Shown here piece after piece: positions 58,735-64,000 of a stretch of 64,000 nucleotides of DNA; positions within the stretch are counted from its first letter, which is position 1, and the number at the start of each line of letters is the position of its first letter. The DNA lies in assembly GCA_016218105.1 (NCBI GenBank), contig JACRET010000032.1:17175-81174 (forward strand), written 5' to 3'. The notes below the pieces were generated by a model. It saw only the letters and a list, made by a program, of their open reading frames with translations, searched no databases and was not told the origin of the DNA. This stretch comes from Deltaproteobacteria bacterium. GTDB lineage: Bacteria; Desulfobacterota; GWC2-55-46. A program made the translations under genes and the position numbers.

Positions 58735-58947
58735 ATGCGGGATAACCATAATCACGGACACGATGAAGGCCACGGACATAACGAAGAGCTTAAAAAAATA
58801 AGCGTCTCTCTTGAGGAAGATCAGATAGAGATGCTTAAGGAGCTTGCCTCAGAGTACAAGTCCAGGCTCGGGCAGAGGTGGACCCTAAGCGCGATGGTCA
58901 GGGTTGCCGTAGGGGATTTTCTTACAAAGATGGGAAAGATGAGCTAG
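58735..58947 (+). CDS. Ribbon-helix-helix (CopG-like) protein with a His-rich N-terminus
   Basis: 70 aa. HNHGHDEGHGHNEE, then KKISVSLEEDQIEMLKELA...SAMVRVAVGDFL, which has an RHH pattern. Confidence 0.55.
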   Translation: MRDNHNHGHDEGHGHNEELKKISVSLEEDQIEMLKELASEYKSRLGQRWTLSAMVRVAVGDFLTKMGKMS

Positions 58948-59018
58948 ACTTGCCCGGAGCGCCGCCTCTCTAGACCTGTTCAGCTTTCCTCGATACCCCC
59001 ATCCCTTTTTGTCATGCC

Positions 59019-59061
59019 TTTATAAAGCCGGTTGGAATAACCCGGGCTTTAGAACCGGCGG
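59019..59061 (+). repeat. Gene-end repeat, family 2, copy (upstream of ORF 59076)
   Basis: TTTATAAAGCCGGTTGGAATAACCCGGGCTTTAGAACCGGCGG. Its first 30 nt differ from 63038-63068 at 3 positions plus 1 indel. Confidence 0.65.
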
Positions 59062-59075
59062 TTATTAAGGAGCGC

Positions 59076-60152
59076 TTGATGTTTTCTAATTACCTGACGG
59101 CTGTAAAAGGGCGTGTAGACTCCAGCAAGGAAATATCCTTGAGCGAGAGGAACAGGCTGGTGGCCCTTGCCGAAGCCACGCTGTCCGACGGTTTTGAGAC
59201 TTATCATTGGAACGCCAATATACACGGCATCATCGTAAGGCTTTATACAAATTCCGCGCACCTCTATGATTTCTGGGTGGAGAACTGGTTTCCAGGCCCG
59301 AGGGCTCAAAATGTCCTGCCTCACGGGATCATCTACGCCGTATCAGGCATAGAAGGGCATGAGCCGCACGCCTACTATCACCACGACACAAAAACCGCCA
59401 TATTCATAAATACCGAATACTATGGCCAGTGCAAATCATGGGCCCTCGGCATGGCCGCCGATATTTTAGAGACGCAGCACGGCGTCCACTCGATACACGG
59501 CTCCTGCGCGGTCTTGGGCGGCAGGGGTGTAGTCATCGTCGCGCCTACCGGAACAGGCAAGTCCACCCATACCTGGGGTCTCATGCAACTCCCGGACGGA
59601 AAGATTCATTCGGACGACTGGGTCTTTCTGCAGTATAAAAAGGGGCTTGCGATGGCGGATATCTCGGAGAGGAAGTTCTACCTGAGGACCGACATGGTGC
59701 GGAGCTTCCCGAATATCGAAGGCCTCCTGAAGAGATGTAAGTGCGAGAACGTGGAGAATAACGACTTCGGCGCCTTCGCCAACTCGCGCGCCATACTTGA
59801 CCCTGAGTGGATAGCGGGAAGGGACAAATTTGTCGAGAGGGCTGTAGTAAAGTCTGTTATACTGTTACGGAGGGATAGTACCTCGCCTGCCGAGGTTTGC
59901 CTCGGCCCCGATGAGGCGATAGATGTGCTGGAAGAAGGCAAATGCCAGATACTCGCAGGGGCTGGAAAGGATATGGGTTCGTTTAAGTATGAGCCTTTTT
60001 ACAACCCTTATCTGCTGATAAAAAGGAACGAGCTACAGCGGTCTTTTTTTACAGAGCTTTTTGAATCCGCCAGCTGCCATGTGCTTAACACAGGCGTGGA
60101 GACCGTTGAAGAGAGCCAGAAGAGGATCAGACGCATAATAAAAGACGCCTGA
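59076..60152 (+). CDS. HPr-kinase/PEPCK-fold-like P-loop protein of unknown function
   Basis: 358 aa. HGSCAVLGGRGVVIVAPTGTGKSTHTWGLMQLPDGKIHSDDWVFL resembles the HprK C-terminal pattern G.SG.GKSE.AL.L...GH.LV.DD. Confidence 0.5.
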   Translation: MMFSNYLTAVKGRVDSSKEISLSERNRLVALAEATLSDGFETYHWNANIHGIIVRLYTNSAHLYDFWVENWFPGPRAQNVLPHGIIYAVSGIEGHEPHAYYHHDTKTAIFINTEYYGQCKSWALGMAADILETQHGVHSIHGSCAVLGGRGVVIVAPTGTGKSTHTWGLMQLPDGKIHSDDWVFLQYKKGLAMADISERKFYLRTDMVRSFPNIEGLLKRCKCENVENNDFGAFANSRAILDPEWIAGRDKFVERAVVKSVILLRRDSTSPAEVCLGPDEAIDVLEEGKCQILAGAGKDMGSFKYEPFYNPYLLIKRNELQRSFFTELFESASCHVLNTGVETVEESQKRIRRIIKDA

Positions 60153-60164
60153 CGTGATAAACCT

Positions 60165-61124
60165 GTGAAAAAAGCCTTCATACTCCTTATCCTCCTTACT
60201 GTTTTTCTTGGTGGCTGCGTTATCATCTCGCTGCCGGGCGTGGAGCCGCTTACCGAGAAGGTCGTAGGCGGCAAGGGCGATGACAAAGTCCTCCTGATAG
60301 ACATCTCCGGCATTATTACGGATGCCGACGCCAACGGCGGTATCTTCAAGTCAAAGCAAAGCCTGACAGCCCGCATAAAGGAAGAGCTCGACAACGCCTC
60401 TGAGGATAAGGCCATCAAGGCTATCGTCCTTAGAATAGACACCCCCGGCGGCTCTGTCACCACCTGCGATATCGTCACGCACGAGATACTCAGGTTCAAG
60501 AAGAAAAGGAACACCCCTGTAATCGCTCAATTCATGGATGTGGCGGCTTCCGGCGGGTACTATATAGCTTCAGCCGCGGCGGACAGGATCATAGCGCACC
60601 CGACGACAGTTACCGGCAGTATCGGCGTCGTCGCATTCAGCATGAACGCGAGCGGACTCCTTGATAAAATAGGCATCGCCAACCAGACCATCAAGTCCGG
60701 CGATAAAAAGGACATAGGCTCGCCTCTGCGCCCGATGACGGAGGAGGAGAGGCGGATACTTCAGGGCATAATAGACGATATGTACGAGAGATTCCTTGAT
60801 GTTATCATCGAAGGGCGCAAGGCTTTTTTTACAAAGGATGAACTGAGGAAGATCGCCGACGGCAGGGTCTTTACAGCCCAGCAGGCCGTCAAGCTCAAGC
60901 TCATCGATTCAATAGGATATCTGGACGACGCCATAGACGCCGCGAAGGAAAAGGCAGGGATAAAGGAAGCGACCATAGTCACCTATTCCTCCCCGCGCTC
61001 TTATAAGAATAATATCTACTCGAGTCTTGAGCAGTTGCCCTCGCAGGTAAACCTTATTAATATTGATGCTGGCGCGTTCTCAAGGAAGATGGGCTTAAGC
61101 TTCATGTATCTCTGGATGCCGTAA
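60165..61124 (+). CDS. sppA: Signal peptide peptidase SppA (36K type)
   Basis: 319 aa with a GTG start. IVLRIDTPGGSV, AASGGYYIA and GSIGV are ClpP/crotonase-fold SppA motifs. Confidence 0.85.
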   Translation: MKKAFILLILLTVFLGGCVIISLPGVEPLTEKVVGGKGDDKVLLIDISGIITDADANGGIFKSKQSLTARIKEELDNASEDKAIKAIVLRIDTPGGSVTTCDIVTHEILRFKKKRNTPVIAQFMDVAASGGYYIASAAADRIIAHPTTVTGSIGVVAFSMNASGLLDKIGIANQTIKSGDKKDIGSPLRPMTEEERRILQGIIDDMYERFLDVIIEGRKAFFTKDELRKIADGRVFTAQQAVKLKLIDSIGYLDDAIDAAKEKAGIKEATIVTYSSPRSYKNNIYSSLEQLPSQVNLINIDAGAFSRKMGLSFMYLWMP

Positions 61125-61136
61125 GCCGAAGACAGG

Positions 61137-63044
61137 TTGCCGATGCTTTGCATGGAAGATATCTATAAGGCAGGTTTTGTTCTCGGCGGTTTAAGCCTCC
61201 TTATTTTCGCGCTAGGCCATCTCGGCCTTATCACACCGCCTTTCCTGATTGTCCCGGCCCTACTGGCCTTTGCGGTGCTCGCAGCCATTTTTTTCAAAAG
61301 CAAAAGACCTTCAACGCCGGAGCAGTCTTCATCGAGAACAGACCTGCCCCTTAAGGTCGCCATAATAATCCTTATAATATCAATACTCCCGCTCGCGCTC
61401 ACGCCTCCAACGGTCAGGGATGAGCTTATCCAGCATCTAGCCGTTCCGAAACTCTACCTGTTGAAAGGAAGGATATTCGAGCTCAAGGCCCTCGGGTTTT
61501 CATACCTGCCTCAGAATATCGACCTGCTATACCTGATCCCGCTGGGGCTCGGCAATGACATTGTGCCCAGACTTACGCACTTTTTGTTCGGAGTCCTTAC
61601 GGGGCTTCTGATCTATTTTTATCTCTTGAAAGAGGCGGGGCGCTCCTACGGGCTTCTTGGGATGCTTCTGTATCTGTCAACCCCGCTTATACTCAACCTT
61701 GGGAGAACCGCATATATAGACCACGGTGCCGCGCTCTATTCGATGCTCTCCCTTGTCGCGGCGCTTAAGTGGAAAGACGGGGGAGACAAAAAGTGGCTCA
61801 TCTATTCCGCGGTCTCGATGGGGTTAGCACTGGGGGCAAAATATAACACCCTCTTAAGCCTCGTTCTTATAAATGCCTTCATAGTGTTTGTCTGTCTGAA
61901 AAAAGGAAAAGTGGGAGACGCGGTTAAATTCGGGACCTTATATCTTATAATCTCCCTGTTAATACTGTCGCCGTGGCTGGTGCGCAACTATATATGGACG
62001 GGCAGTCCTCTTTATCCCCTGTATGAGAGCGTAGTTTCGGCAACCGCGAAAGGAGAGGGGGTACACGTTACGAGCGAGATGGCCCCGCTGGCGAAGAGGC
62101 TGGTACTCTACAACGAGGGTATAATCGACTTGATACTCCTGCCTTTCAGGGTTTTCTGGGAGGGGGCGGACAATTCGATCGAGAGGTTCGACGGCGTATT
62201 AAATCCGCTCTTTTTGGCGTTTATCCCGATAGCATTCATCAAGAGGAAGAAAAGATACGCAGACCTTAAATATCTTGCGGTGTTTTCTGTGCTTTTTTTC
62301 GCAATGGCCGCGCTTACCGTGGATCTGGTGACGAGATACCTCCTCCCGATAATGCCCGTCCTGGTAATAATATCGGTATTCGGCATAAGGAATATGTTTG
62401 AATCGAGGTTCAAATGGGTCTCGGCAATACTTCTCATGGCCGCGTTCGTCTTTAATATAAATTACGAGGCGGGGCTTTACAGGAAGTACACGCCGTTCAC
62501 ATATCTTACGGGACAGGAATCAAGGGATGATTACCTCGGGAGGATGCTCCCTGATTATAAGGCCGTAAGCTACGCGAATAAAAACCTGCCGCCTGAATCA
62601 AAGGTGTTTTTTCTTTTTGCAGGCGATAGGGGGTATTACTGGGACAGGGAATATTCATACGGCGACCGGATGGGGGTTTTTTTTAAGGCGCTTATGTCCG
62701 CCTCAAAAGACGATGCCGATCTAACGGCGCGCATATCGAGGCTTAAGATAACCCACATTTTCATGAATGACGCGATAATGGAGAGGTTTTCGAATGAAAA
62801 CTACGATCAGAGCGACCTGATGACGCTGGCGGGATTTTTTAACCGCCATACCGTACGCCTATACAGCGCGAACGGTTTTTCATTGTATGAGATAAAGCAG
62901 GCCGCTCTAGGGAATCAATCGGGTGCCCGGCGGAATCCCGCCCTTTTAAGGGCGGTCAAAGCCGGGCTATATAAAAGAACAGGTACCTTGCCGACAATCC
63001 CTGCCATTTATGGCAGGGGAATTGAATCTCATGTTGGTTTATAA
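61137..63044 (+). CDS. GT-C-fold (ArnT/PMT-like) polytopic membrane glycosyltransferase; the last 42 codons are encoded by repeat DNA
   Basis: 635 aa with more than 10 TM segments. A DE motif sits in the first loop (VRDELIQH). The hydrophilic C-terminal tail from 62919 onward runs through repeat families 1 and 2. Confidence 0.7.
   Translation: MPMLCMEDIYKAGFVLGGLSLLIFALGHLGLITPPFLIVPALLAFAVLAAIFFKSKRPSTPEQSSSRTDLPLKVAIIILIISILPLALTPPTVRDELIQHLAVPKLYLLKGRIFELKALGFSYLPQNIDLLYLIPLGLGNDIVPRLTHFLFGVLTGLLIYFYLLKEAGRSYGLLGMLLYLSTPLILNLGRTAYIDHGAALYSMLSLVAALKWKDGGDKKWLIYSAVSMGLALGAKYNTLLSLVLINAFIVFVCLKKGKVGDAVKFGTLYLIISLLILSPWLVRNYIWTGSPLYPLYESVVSATAKGEGVHVTSEMAPLAKRLVLYNEGIIDLILLPFRVFWEGADNSIERFDGVLNPLFLAFIPIAFIKRKKRYADLKYLAVFSVLFFAMAALTVDLVTRYLLPIMPVLVIISVFGIRNMFESRFKWVSAILLMAAFVFNINYEAGLYRKYTPFTYLTGQESRDDYLGRMLPDYKAVSYANKNLPPESKVFFLFAGDRGYYWDREYSYGDRMGVFFKALMSASKDDADLTARISRLKITHIFMNDAIMERFSNENYDQSDLMTLAGFFNRHTVRLYSANGFSLYEIKQAALGNQSGARRNPALLRAVKAGLYKRTGTLPTIPAIYGRGIESHVGL
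62917..62963 (+). repeat. Gene-end repeat, family 1, copy B (inside the 3' end of ORF 61137-63044)
   Basis: AATCGGGTGCCCGGCGGAATCCCGCCCTTTTAAGGGCGGTCAAAGCC matches 15379-15426. Confidence 0.7.
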
Positions 63045-63085
63045 GGCAGGTTGGAAGAACCCTGGGCCTTAAAGCCCAGGGTCCC
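63038..63085 (+). repeat. Gene-end repeat, family 2, copy (contains the GT-C stop codon and a bidirectional terminator hairpin)
   Basis: TTTATAAGGCAGGTTGGAAGAACCCTGGGCCTTAAAGCCCAGGGTCCC. Confidence 0.65.
63059..63082. terminator. Hairpin between convergent genes (possible bidirectional terminator)
   Basis: ACCCTGGGC-CTTAAA-GCCCAGGGT is a perfect 9-bp stem lying between the + strand stop at 63044 and the - strand stop at 63113. Confidence 0.55.
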
Positions 63086-63112
63086 ATTCAAACGTTCAGC
63101 GGTCGATCTCTT

Positions 63113-64000
63113 TTACTTCTTCTCCCCGGTTCCCCCGCCGTTAGGCCCTACTATCGAGATAGTATAGGCGTTTAAATCTATGTATTTGCGGGCTACCCTC
63201 AGCACATCATCGGCTGTAACCGCGTTTATCCTTTCGGGGAATAACTTGTAGAAGTTGTATCCGAGGCCGTAAAGCTCGTTGTTTGTCATGTCTCCGGCCT
63301 GGCTCGAGACTTCCTGAAGCCCTATTTCGTAGCCGCCTATAAGTGACCTCTTGGCCCTGTTAAGCTCATCCTCAGTGACCCTGTTTTCCGTTATTTCTTT
63401 AAGCTCTTTCATAAGCGCCTCTATCGCCTCCGCCTTCTTGTCAGGCGCTGACGCGATATATACAGCCAGAATGCCCGGGTCAGCGGCCTCTTTTTCGATG
63501 GCGCTTACCGAGTACGCAAGGCTCAGCCTGTCCCTGAGATTTAAGAACAGCCTTCCGCCCTGGCCCGAAAGGACTTCACTCATTACCTTAAGGGCGTAGC
63601 TGTCTTCGCTCCCGATAGTGGTGCCCAGAAACCCTATTGCAGTATGGGTCTGCTCCTTATCTTTTACCTCGCCGGTACGGCGTATTTCATTCTGCCGCTC
63701 TTCAACCGGCGGGGGAGGCAGCTGGACGCCCGATCTCTTGAAATCCTTAAACAAGGCGGTCACTTTCTCAATAGCGTATTCGGTCTTGATGTCTCCTGCG
63801 ATCGTCAATACCATCCTTTCAGGCACAAAAAACTTCTCATAATGGCTTATGAGGTCTTCGCGCGTAAGGGCTGATACGGTATCGACAGTCCCGACCGATG
63901 GCATTCCGTAAGGGTGTTTCCTGTAAAGCTCTTTGTAGAAGAGTTTGAAGGTATATCCCGGAAGATAATCCTCCTGCCTGTTTATCGCCGCGATAGTGTC
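63113..64000 (-). CDS. M16 (pitrilysin/insulinase) family peptidase, C-terminal part; the N-terminus lies beyond the window
   Basis: The frame stays open upstream of the listed Met to base 64000 (...LFYKELYRKHPYGMPSVGT...). The domain layout matches the inactive/C-terminal half of M16 peptidases. Confidence 0.8.
   Translation of the reverse strand, partial: DTIAAINRQEDYLPGYTFKLFYKELYRKHPYGMPSVGTVDTVSALTREDLISHYEKFFVPERMVLTIAGDIKTEYAIEKVTALFKDFKRSGVQLPPPPVEERQNEIRRTGEVKDKEQTHTAIGFLGTTIGSEDSYALKVMSEVLSGQGGRLFLNLRDRLSLAYSVSAIEKEAADPGILAVYIASAPDKKAEAIEALMKELKEITENRVTEDELNRAKRSLIGGYEIGLQEVSSQAGDMTNNELYGLGYNFYKLFPERINAVTADDVLRVARKYIDLNAYTISIVGPNGGGTGEKK

Overview
This 64-kb window is mainly a motility super-locus from an unidentified flagellated bacterium. 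It has mid-range GC and, by eye, heavy use of AGG/AGA Arg and ATA Ile codons. I cannot assign a taxon from sequence alone. Every credible gene from base 10 to 63044 is on the + strand. Only the last gene, an M16 peptidase truncated by the window end, is on the - strand.

Gene order:
1. Chemotaxis/stator operon: HEAT-repeat protein, cheR, REC, cheY, cheZ, cheA, cheB, motA, motB.
2. cheW, MCP and an HDOD protein, followed by a small membrane protein with a sigma-54-like promoter.
3. A sigma-54-promoted block flgF, flgG, flgA, flgH, flgI, a mini-ORF and flgJ (M23 fusion). Then sigma-28-promoted flgM, flgN, flgK, flgL, followed by csrA-fliW.
4. A flagellin-glycosylation operon of about 20 kb and 20 genes (22.9-43.2 kb). 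It is preceded by tandem sigma-28 and sigma-54 boxes. It holds a pseudaminic-acid-type core (pseB, pseC, NeuB/PseI-like, PseG-like, SpsF-type cytidylyltransferase) and no recognisable PseH. The rest is an atypical tailoring set: a class-III aminotransferase, two Gfo/Idh/MocA oxidoreductases, two methyltransferases, two Zn-ADHs, an FSA/TalC aldolase, an ATP-grasp ligase, a B12-radical-SAM enzyme and a GH57-like protein. The operon ends in a Maf-family protein.
5. An orphan ORF, then a consensus sigma-28 promoter, a CsrA-type 5'UTR and a short flagellin, followed by flaG, fliD, fliS and a FliT-like ORF.
6. A sigma-28-driven 66-aa ORF and a c-di-GMP module (REC, REC-GAF-HD-GYP, PilZ).
7. Housekeeping genes: tilS, gamma-CA-like, exbB/exbD-like, ppx/gppA, guaB, guaA, LOG, RHH, HprK-like P-loop protein, sppA and a GT-C membrane glycosyltransferase.

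I recognised no rRNA, tRNA, CRISPR array, transposase, integrase or defence genes. The most unusual content is the tailoring half of the glycosylation operon. Two families of short structured gene-end repeats are also present. All functional calls rest on by-eye motif recognition and need HMM or BLAST confirmation.
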